A DNA stretch of 22,867 nt from a bacterium (GTDB lineage Bacteria; Zhuqueibacterota; Zhuqueibacteria; Oceanimicrobiales; Oceanimicrobiaceae), in assembly GCA_046758365.1 (NCBI GenBank), contig JBHIAC010000036.1, positions 1 through 22,867 on the forward strand, written 5' to 3'. The notes beneath the pieces were generated by a model. That model searched no databases, was not told the DNA's origin, and was given only the letters and a program-made list of their open reading frames with translations. Positions 16,116 to 22,867 of this stretch are shown here, one piece after another; position 1 is the first letter of the stretch, and every line of letters starts with the position of its first letter. A program made the translations under genes and the position numbers.

Positions 16116-17918
16116 GTGAAAAGGACGAAGACATTTAACTTACTACTATTCTTTTACTTAAATCTAGTAATCACTGTTCAGATCATATTTGCGCAAAGCT
16201 ATTTTTCGGAAAAATCTCTTGCAGAGATTGAGAATTCGATGGAAGCAAATTTGACCTGGAATCTTCAAAATGCTCTTTTAATTTACTATCCAGAGACTAA
16301 ATTCGTCATTAAGGCATATGTTGAATTAAAAAAGATTGAACCAAAACGTGTGCTACCAAAACTTCCTGATGCCCTGTTAAGCAAAAGTTTAACTAGTTTA
16401 CCAGGTTTACCTTACGTTCCAGAAAATTTAGATGAAAAGAAAAAAGTGAATAAGGATGCCTCTAATTTGCGCAGTTACATTCAGAATAATAGCTATGACA
16501 TTCGTCGAATTTGGGTAAATGTGTTGGTAGACCGTAGTTTAACCGAAAGTGATTGGTCATTTATTCGACGCTTTGTTTCGCTAATAGCTAATCTAGAGCC
16601 CAAGCGTGGTGATCAAGTTCGAATAGAGGGGCTTGATTTTCCTGAGAAATCAGATTTTTTTGCAGTTAATAAAGAATCGCAAGAAAAGCCGACGGCAGAC
16701 AAAACTCTACCTGTCAAATCTGCGATAAAAGAATCAAGCTTTGACTGGCAGCCCTATATTTTTGCTGCTGGCCTTGCTGTGTTTTTGCTCATTATTTTTT
16801 TATTAGGTATACGTACCATCATCAATCATCTGAAACAAGCCAATTCCAACATAGTTACGGCGCAGCCTGTTTTACCAAAACATGAATCTGAAACGACTAA
16901 AAATTACGACTTAGACATTACAAAAGAGGATGACACGGCTGTATTAATGCGATTAAAAACATCCACTATTGAGGCAATAGTAGGCACACCCGCCGCTGCT
17001 GCCAAAGTTTTTCATCAGTGGATTGATCGCAACGGTGAATCGGGCATCAATGATGTTGCAATTGTTCTCACAGTGGTTTCTAAATCTCTTATCGATCTCC
17101 TTGCCACTTATTTAGATGCAGAAACAGCGGGAAATATTCAACAAAAAATGGAAGTGCTACAGGACACAGATCTGAAAGAAAATTCAGCACGTTTGCTTAA
17201 GCAATTTGATGAAGATATACGTCGTCTCGTATTGGAGGCTGGTAAAGATGGTGATGAAGATGATGCGTTGGCTTTTCTTCATCAAATGAGCGATGATCAA
17301 TTGCAGCATTTGCTTAAACCTTTAAAAGTTGGTGTAATGGCCATTGTTTTAGCACAATTACGTCCAAATCGTGCAGCTAAATTATTGAGTAAAATGGACA
17401 CCAAAGAAAAAAAGGCCGTGCTGGCCTCCATGGGTAATATAGAACGCATTCCATCAGATGTCTATCAACATATCGCCCGTCAATTGTCAGCGCGAGCAAG
17501 TGAATTGGAAAAAATGCGATATGTACGTGCAAATGGCGTGGATGCACTGGTGAAGGTTCTGGATTATCTTGACGAAGAAACTCAAGATGAAACCTTAAGT
17601 TATCTACAAACTCAGGACGTAAACCTTGCGCAAAAGGTGAGCAAGCGATTTGTGACGTTCAACCAGCTATTCGAAATGTCAAATGAAAAAATCCGCGAGT
17701 TAGCATTAGAGGTAGACCGAGAAGTTTTAGCAAAATCTCTTGTAAGTGTAAGTGATGAGGAAGTTGAAAAAATTATTCAAGCTTTACCCGATAAATTAGG
17801 TGAATTAGTGCGCGCAAGTCTTGAAACACACAGCAAACTTTCAGAAGATGAAATTTCACATGCTCGTCGAGCCTTGATACGTTCTCTGCGCACCAAACAG
17901 TTACACAAGGTTTCGTAA
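16116..17918 (+). CDS. FliF-FliG fusion-like rotor protein (FliF RBM3-like ring motif, TM, FliF C-tail, FliG N/M/C domains)
   Basis: IRRIWVNVLVD...IRRFVSLIANLEPKRGDQVRIEGLDF resembles the FliF/SpoIIIAG ring motif; TM YIFAAGLAVFLLIIFLLGI; PAAAAKVFHQWI resembles the FliF tail. LAFLHQMSDDQL...AIVLAQL...AAKLL...NGVDALVKVL...LAQKVSKRFVTFNQL...EVDREVLAKSL is collinear with FliG M and C. GTG start. Confidence 0.85.
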   Translation: MKRTKTFNLLLFFYLNLVITVQIIFAQSYFSEKSLAEIENSMEANLTWNLQNALLIYYPETKFVIKAYVELKKIEPKRVLPKLPDALLSKSLTSLPGLPYVPENLDEKKKVNKDASNLRSYIQNNSYDIRRIWVNVLVDRSLTESDWSFIRRFVSLIANLEPKRGDQVRIEGLDFPEKSDFFAVNKESQEKPTADKTLPVKSAIKESSFDWQPYIFAAGLAVFLLIIFLLGIRTIINHLKQANSNIVTAQPVLPKHESETTKNYDLDITKEDDTAVLMRLKTSTIEAIVGTPAAAAKVFHQWIDRNGESGINDVAIVLTVVSKSLIDLLATYLDAETAGNIQQKMEVLQDTDLKENSARLLKQFDEDIRRLVLEAGKDGDEDDALAFLHQMSDDQLQHLLKPLKVGVMAIVLAQLRPNRAAKLLSKMDTKEKKAVLASMGNIERIPSDVYQHIARQLSARASELEKMRYVRANGVDALVKVLDYLDEETQDETLSYLQTQDVNLAQKVSKRFVTFNQLFEMSNEKIRELALEVDREVLAKSLVSVSDEEVEKIIQALPDKLGELVRASLETHSKLSEDEISHARRALIRSLRTKQLHKVS

Positions 17919-17947
17919 TCATTAAAAATGATTTTCTCGAAAAAGCG

Positions 17948-19081
17948 ATGAATAGGCTAGTTCTAATTTTATTTTCTCTTTTCATTATTGGATTGATGGG
18001 GCGTTTTAACTATTCTTCTGCTCAACATATACCCGAAAAGAAGGAAAATATTCTCAAGCTCATGGAGGAGATTTTTAACCAAATACCGCGCGATCTGACT
18101 GAAATTGACCCCAGCCTTGACCGAATTGCAATTTATCGGTTAGAAACAGATAAGAATAATATTTCTACATCGATGCGTGAGCACTTTGAAAGCAGGCTTG
18201 TGGAATTATTGGGTACTCTTCAACGTCCGGCAGTCGTATCATTACCTGAGATGAATACCCTTAAAATTACATCTACCGACAGCAGTTTTTCTATTATAAA
18301 TGCTTTACCTTCACCCGAAGAACTCTGGCGTGTAGGTCGCAGACTTCGAGTAGATGCATTTCTTGAAGGCAATCTGGTGTATATGCCAAAAAAGGCGCTC
18401 TTCCTTGACCTTCGACTGAATCGTACAGGTACGAATGAAGTTTTATGGGCAAAGTCATATTCTGCTTACGAAAAGGAGATTAAACTCCCCTCAATGAATC
18501 CACTGAATAAAAGTTTAAATGCAGGTATAGAAATTTTTCAAATTGATTTTGATTCAGCAGCAGATTCTCTTCTTCATTCCGATTTTAACAACAATTTGAT
18601 ACAATATTCCATTTACTTTGGATTATATCAATATGCTACCGCAAATAGTCGGTTACGCTATGAACTTCGCTTTGGACTTTCTTTCCTATCCGAGGGTGTT
18701 AAATTACGCAATACTTCTTTCAATGATAATTCCTTTTATAGCGTTTCATCCAATGGAACATTTATAAAATCACCTATTTCATACAATTTTCGTTCAATGT
18801 TGTATTCTACATTAGTAGAAAATAAGAATAATCAGTTTGGAGATTGGCTTTCAGTATATTTTTCTCTAACGCGCTATTTCACTATCAATATGCCCGATTT
18901 AACAGGACTGGGGGCAGGCATACGAATTGATTTGATTTCTCATTTTTCATTATCTTCGGGGTTTTCAATGATTTTAGGTCCCGAATTTGACTCGCTTCCA
19001 GTCAAGGCCACCAACGAAAGTGTACGGTTAAAAGTGAATGGAATTCACTATGAACTTTTATTATTACAAATTACATTTTAG
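17948..19081 (+). CDS. Exported protein: CsgG/TolB_N/FlgO-like alpha/beta domain plus probable C-terminal outer-membrane beta-barrel
   Basis: Signal peptide; RIAIYRL...VGRRLRVDAFLEGNL...LDLRLNRTGTNEVLWAKSY; alternating hydrophobic strands ending LLQITF (terminal Phe). Confidence 0.65.
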   Translation: MNRLVLILFSLFIIGLMGRFNYSSAQHIPEKKENILKLMEEIFNQIPRDLTEIDPSLDRIAIYRLETDKNNISTSMREHFESRLVELLGTLQRPAVVSLPEMNTLKITSTDSSFSIINALPSPEELWRVGRRLRVDAFLEGNLVYMPKKALFLDLRLNRTGTNEVLWAKSYSAYEKEIKLPSMNPLNKSLNAGIEIFQIDFDSAADSLLHSDFNNNLIQYSIYFGLYQYATANSRLRYELRFGLSFLSEGVKLRNTSFNDNSFYSVSSNGTFIKSPISYNFRSMLYSTLVENKNNQFGDWLSVYFSLTRYFTINMPDLTGLGAGIRIDLISHFSLSSGFSMILGPEFDSLPVKATNESVRLKVNGIHYELLLLQITF

Positions 19082-19132
19082 GATCAATTACGATTCCTAC
19101 TATAAGTTTTTGAAAAAATAGTGATATGAAAA

Positions 19133-19819
19133 ATGAAAGGAATTTTTAAAAATAATAACTTTACAATGGTTAAAATTTTGCTTTTGACCCTCATTATAAG
19201 TTTATTTAATTCTATGATTTATTTTGGTTGTGCCGCAAAACAAATTAAAAACGATCAAAATGCCTATACAGCAGAGACAAGTCCAGCAGATACTGTTAAG
19301 AAGTACCAAATAATAACACAGCTTCAGGATAAAAAGTTTAAAAAAACAATGGATTATCCATATCTTATCGTCAAATTTTATCAAAATGATACAGAGGTTG
19401 AATTAGTACTGGACCCTCTATCAACAAACCTTACACTTGACCTTGTGCGCGGGTCGGAGGGTTATTTGGAAATCCTCAAGGGAGATTCGATTCTATATCA
19501 GGAAGAAGATTCTTCTTTAGCAGATAATTTACTTACTGGATTAGAAAATAATAAAAAATCGGAAGAGCTCATGGACGAGATCTTCCAGGACATTAATTTA
19601 GCCCAAAAATTGTTTTACCAAAAGCGCTACAATGAAGCATTGAAAATTCTACAGGCCTCACTTCAAAAAAAGAAAACATCCACGGCTTATGCATTAGGTG
19701 GGTCTATTTATTATGTTAATGGTGATATTGAGGAAGCAGTCAAAGCCTGGGAAAATGCACTGAAAATTAATCCCAATCTGGAAGACGTTAGACAATTAAT
19801 CATGAAATATAAAAATTAA
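19133..19819 (+). CDS. TPR-containing probable lipoprotein (start may be 19166)
   Basis: Hydrophobic segment ending IYFGC; C-terminal TPRs AQKLFYQKRYNEALKIL and AYALGGSIYYVNGDIEEAVKAWENALKINP. Confidence 0.8.
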   Translation: MKGIFKNNNFTMVKILLLTLIISLFNSMIYFGCAAKQIKNDQNAYTAETSPADTVKKYQIITQLQDKKFKKTMDYPYLIVKFYQNDTEVELVLDPLSTNLTLDLVRGSEGYLEILKGDSILYQEEDSSLADNLLTGLENNKKSEELMDEIFQDINLAQKLFYQKRYNEALKILQASLQKKKTSTAYALGGSIYYVNGDIEEAVKAWENALKINPNLEDVRQLIMKYKN

Positions 19820-19864
19820 ATCCATGGTGACTATTTATCCAGGTAAATAAATTAATACCTAATC

Positions 19865-20001
19865 TGTCATTTCAAGTGATGATCCCTCGAATGCGTTCGG
19901 AGGAGAGAAGCGAGAAATCTGAATTCAATCAAAACCAGATTCCTCCCCTATTATCCTTTGTATAATTATTAAGGAAAATCGGGGTTTCGCTCGAAATGAC
20001 A
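19865..20001. repeat. REP/MITE-like palindromic element between the TPR gene and motA
   Basis: Terminal inverted repeats TGTCATTTCAAGTGA / TCGCTCGAAATGACA (13 of 15 match); inner GAGAAATCTG / CAGATTCCTC pair. Confidence 0.8.
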
Positions 20002-20031
20002 TTGAAGTACATTTAATAAAAGAGACCTGTA

Positions 20032-20853
20032 ATGTTAACGTTTATAGGATTTCTAATTGGAGCTAGTCTTGTTTCTATTGGTATTGCCACTGGTAAAGCG
20101 CCCCCTGAAATATTTTTAAATTGGCAAGGCCTAGCCATAGTAATTGGTGGTACTATCGCGACAACTTTTGTATCCTACCCAATCCAAGAAGTTCTGCGTG
20201 CATTTAAAGCCTATTTTGTTATATTTCGTTCCGGTGAGCATGATTACATAACCGCTATTGACAAAATGGTTTCCTCTATACGTATTTATCAGCGTGATGG
20301 TTTAGAAAAGCTTGTAAACGAAGTGAAATTATTATCAAAACTCTGGATATTAAAAGATGGAGTACAGTTGCTCTCAAACGGATATTCTAAGGATGAAACG
20401 CAAGTTATCCTTGAGGACCAAATACGCTGGAAATTGGCACGAGAAATGAAGCAACACCAATTATTTGGTACGATGGCAAAAATTTCACCGGCATTTGGTA
20501 TGATTGGAACTTTGATAGGCCTGATAAATATGCTCATTACTCTTCAAAGTCAACCAGGTCAGGTCGGAGCCGGCTTAGCAATAGCACTTACCACAACATT
20601 TTATGGATTGGCTCTCGCTAATATGGTGTTTGCTCCCATTTCAGAAAAAATAAAAGAACAAGCAGAAAATAATCTTCTAATCGAAACTATGCAGCTTGAA
20701 ACGATATTAATGCTTTATGAGAAGCGTAACTACGTTTACGCACGGGATAAATTGGCGGCTTATTTAAACGCCAACAGCAGGAAAAAAGTAAACGCCATCG
20801 CCGGAATTAGCGCTGCCTCAGAGCAGCGAATAAGATTCAATAAAGTAGCATAA
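20032..20853 (+). CDS. motA: MotA/PomA-type stator A subunit
   Basis: Four TM segments; IVIGGT, PAFGMIGTLIGLINML, GLAIALTTTFYGLALANMVFAPISEK. Confidence 0.92.
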   Translation: MLTFIGFLIGASLVSIGIATGKAPPEIFLNWQGLAIVIGGTIATTFVSYPIQEVLRAFKAYFVIFRSGEHDYITAIDKMVSSIRIYQRDGLEKLVNEVKLLSKLWILKDGVQLLSNGYSKDETQVILEDQIRWKLAREMKQHQLFGTMAKISPAFGMIGTLIGLINMLITLQSQPGQVGAGLAIALTTTFYGLALANMVFAPISEKIKEQAENNLLIETMQLETILMLYEKRNYVYARDKLAAYLNANSRKKVNAIAGISAASEQRIRFNKVA

Positions 20854-20857
20854 TTTA

Positions 20858-21496
20858 ATGGAAATTAAGATACCTAAACATATAATGCCAGCAGCCGTAA
20901 AGGAAAGTCAACCGTGGCTTTTATCGTATAGCGATATGGTAACACTGCTGCTTGCGTTTTTTGTTTTGTTTTTTGCCATTTCTCAGATTGATCAGGCAAA
21001 GTTTGAAATGATCATGGAGTATTTTAATAAGACCGAATCGACGCCTCTACATGTTCTTGAAAAACAATTTAATGAGCTTATCCAAGCACATAATCTCCAG
21101 AAAAACGTCGATGTAGAGCTAACCCCTGACGGTCTTTTAGTCAATTTCCAAGACAATATACTCTTTGATTCGGGAAAAGCAGAATTGAAATCAAAATCCT
21201 TTGCTGTCCTTTACGCTTTAGCCGAAATTCTCAAAACGAAAGAAGTATCAGGCAGAAAAATTCAGGTCGAGGGTCATACAGATACCGTCCCTATTGCCAA
21301 AAACGCTTCTTATCCTTCCAATTGGGAACTCTCTGCTGCTCGCTCTGCAAGCGTGATTCGTTTTTTAATCGAAAATGGTGTGTCTTCAACCCGCTTTGTT
21401 GCCGTTGGATATGCTGACACGCAGCTTAAGGAAAGGGAAACCCTGGATAATAGAGGATTACAAGTAAACCGTCGGGTGAGTCTTCTTATCAAATAA
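20858..21496 (+). CDS. motB: MotB/PomB-type stator B subunit with OmpA-like peptidoglycan-binding domain
   Basis: WLLSYSDMVTLLLAFFVL with the conserved channel Asp; LFDSGKAEL, VEGHTD, SNWELSAAR, VGYADT, NRRV. Confidence 0.93.
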   Translation: MEIKIPKHIMPAAVKESQPWLLSYSDMVTLLLAFFVLFFAISQIDQAKFEMIMEYFNKTESTPLHVLEKQFNELIQAHNLQKNVDVELTPDGLLVNFQDNILFDSGKAELKSKSFAVLYALAEILKTKEVSGRKIQVEGHTDTVPIAKNASYPSNWELSAARSASVIRFLIENGVSSTRFVAVGYADTQLKERETLDNRGLQVNRRVSLLIK

Positions 21497-21524
21497 GATT
21501 AAAGCTTACATATTTAATCATTAC

Positions 21525-22424
21525 TCATTTTCCCAACAAATGCCGTAGTGCACCTTCCAACTCTGGGTGGCGAAACTTATACCCGCTTGACAATAACTTG
21601 GCAGGCTCCACGCGGGTACTGGCCAGAAGTAACTCGTTAGCCATCTCTCCAAAAACAAGACGGGCAGCAAGAGCAGGCATGGGAAAAATTGTCGGGCGCA
21701 CAAGCACTCGACCCAAGGTCTGTGTAAACTCACGATTTGTAACCGGATTGGGCGCCACGGCATTTATAGGGCCTTTGAGTGTATCTGTGGTTATGGCGTG
21801 GTAAATAGCCCCCACTGCGTCATCCACAGATATCCAGCTCATATATTGCTGACCGTTTCCAATTATACCACCAACTCCCATTTTGAAAGGAAAAAGCATT
21901 TTGGCCAGAGCGCCACCTTTAGGACTGAGCACCACCCCAAACCGTATATACCCAACACGAATCCCTTTTTGAGTTGCTGGTTCTGTTGCTGCCTCCCATT
22001 TTCGACAGACCTCGGAAAGGAATCCCGAACCTGCGGCACTCGTCTCCTTTAGGATTTCCTCACCACGATCGCCATAATAGCCAATGGCCGAAGCACACAC
22101 CAAAACCTTGGGTGGCTTTTTAAGTTTTGCCAGCGTTTCGCTAATTAAGCGGGTACCTTTCACTCGACTCTCGCGGATACGCGCTTTTTTCTCGTCTGTC
22201 CATCTCCCTTCAGCTATGCTCTCACCAGCAAGATGCACCACCGCGTCCAGACCTTCGAGTTTAGCCGAATCTAAGCTATCAACACCAGAGTCCCAGTGAA
22301 TCCCGTCTTCCTCAGGTTTCGGTTTTGACCGAACCAATCGTTTTACGGGATGTCCCCCTGTGGTGAGAAAAGGCACTAGTTCTGAACCAATGAGTCCAGT
22401 TGAGCCGGTGACGACAATGTTCAT
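21525..22424 (-). CDS. TIGR01777 / YfcH-family NAD-dependent epimerase-like oxidoreductase
   Basis: VVTGSTGLIG, VVHLAGE, RW...SRVKGT, ASAIGYYG, FLSEVCRKWE, RFGVVL, QYMSWI, NAVAPNPVTN. Confidence 0.95.
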   Translation of the reverse strand: MNIVVTGSTGLIGSELVPFLTTGGHPVKRLVRSKPKPEEDGIHWDSGVDSLDSAKLEGLDAVVHLAGESIAEGRWTDEKKARIRESRVKGTRLISETLAKLKKPPKVLVCASAIGYYGDRGEEILKETSAAGSGFLSEVCRKWEAATEPATQKGIRVGYIRFGVVLSPKGGALAKMLFPFKMGVGGIIGNGQQYMSWISVDDAVGAIYHAITTDTLKGPINAVAPNPVTNREFTQTLGRVLVRPTIFPMPALAARLVFGEMANELLLASTRVEPAKLLSSGYKFRHPELEGALRHLLGK

Positions 22425-22475
22425 AATTGTACTTCCTTTTATATCAGACGAAAGGTTACTAAAAGATTAATTAAA

Positions 22476-22543
22476 TGTAAAGCAAAAAAAGCATGGCGCA
22501 CAAAGACTGATTCTGAGTAGACGCTGACACTTTTTGCTTTACA
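22476..22543. repeat. 13-bp perfect inverted repeat in the divergent intergenic region
   Basis: TGTAAAGCAAAAA (22476-22488) / TTTTTGCTTTACA (22531-22543). Confidence 0.7.
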
Positions 22544-22692
22544 GTTAAATAGATTAAAAATTGTCAGTAGCATTTTAGAACATTATTTTTTATATTAAAT
22601 CGTTGCGAGTAATTTATTACGAAACTTTTTTCTTGTTTTTGGCCGAAATATAAATTATCTTTAACATGTCTCCCACAACAAAGGGGAGGATT

Positions 22693-22867
22693 ATGTCAAA
22701 ATCAAGCGCTTTGTGCCATCATGTTTCTCTACTCCGTAGGATTATTATCCAACGGGGTCTACCGCGAAGTTTTAAAAATAGACATCGACGATTTCAGCGA
22801 TGGTATGATCAAGGCCAAAAAGCCTATAAAGCTTCCAGAAGTTTTCACACAGGAGGAAGCCCTGAAA
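22693..22867 (+). pseudogene. intI: Integron-integrase-like tyrosine recombinase remnant, 5'-deleted, continues beyond window
   Basis: The frame from 22697 reads QNQALCAIMFLY-(10 aa insert)-REVLKIDIDDFSDGMIKAKKPIKLPEVFTQEEALK, matching IntI motifs QNQALxAxxFLY and AKxPxxLPxVL. The RBS-preceded ATG (22693) is in another frame. Confidence 0.8.
22733..22762. mobile_element. 30-bp in-frame mini-hairpin insertion with TCTAC duplication
   Basis: TCTAC at 22728-22732 and 22758-22762 flank CCGTAGGAT-TATT-ATCCAACGG; removal restores FLYREVL. Confidence 0.7.

Noticed and set aside
16116..17918. MgtE N-domain protein, or plain fliG/fliF
   Set aside because: Collinear with FliG M-C and preceded by a FliF-type RGD ring motif and TM; neither single gene symbol fits.
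20032..21496. Zorya ZorAB, ExbBD or TolQR
   Set aside because: The A subunit lacks the long ZorA tail and has flagellar-type motifs; the B subunit has the MotB W..Y.D motif and an OmpA-like domain; a FliG-like partner is adjacent.
21497..22680. TIGR01777 gene as first cassette with attI next to intI
   Set aside because: Orientation would fit, but there is no attC after its stop and no convincing attI.

Overview
Bacterial (Gram-negative-type) chromosomal window; I found no rRNA, tRNA or CRISPR array. The left end (1-3300, visibly more GC-rich) holds one broken gene for a Ser/Thr kinase + TM + FGE-sulfatase + alpha/beta-hydrolase fusion. It is cut by a +2 frameshift and by two related short palindromic insertions (104-432, 2738-2979) that share end motifs and sit in nearly the same target sequence, and it is followed by an integron attC-like site (3163-3293). 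The middle contains pepP, pgk, a PilZ protein, a five-gene cluster of unknown exported/membrane proteins (two tandem paralogs, a TPR-like protein, a protein with a TonB-like N-terminus and one more exported protein), a lipoprotein-type inorganic pyrophosphatase, a class V aminotransferase and an Hsp20 gene with a sigma-54 promoter. The most striking locus is 16116-21496. It encodes a natural FliF-FliG fusion (ring motif + TM + complete FliG-like rotor), an outer-membrane CsgG/FlgO-like + beta-barrel protein, a TPR lipoprotein and a PomA/PomB-like stator, with no export, rod, hook, filament or switch genes in the window: a candidate minimal, non-flagellar ion-driven rotary machine. The right end has a TIGR01777 epimerase and a 5'-deleted integron-integrase remnant that runs off the window. 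All homology calls are by-eye motif recognition; no searches were run.
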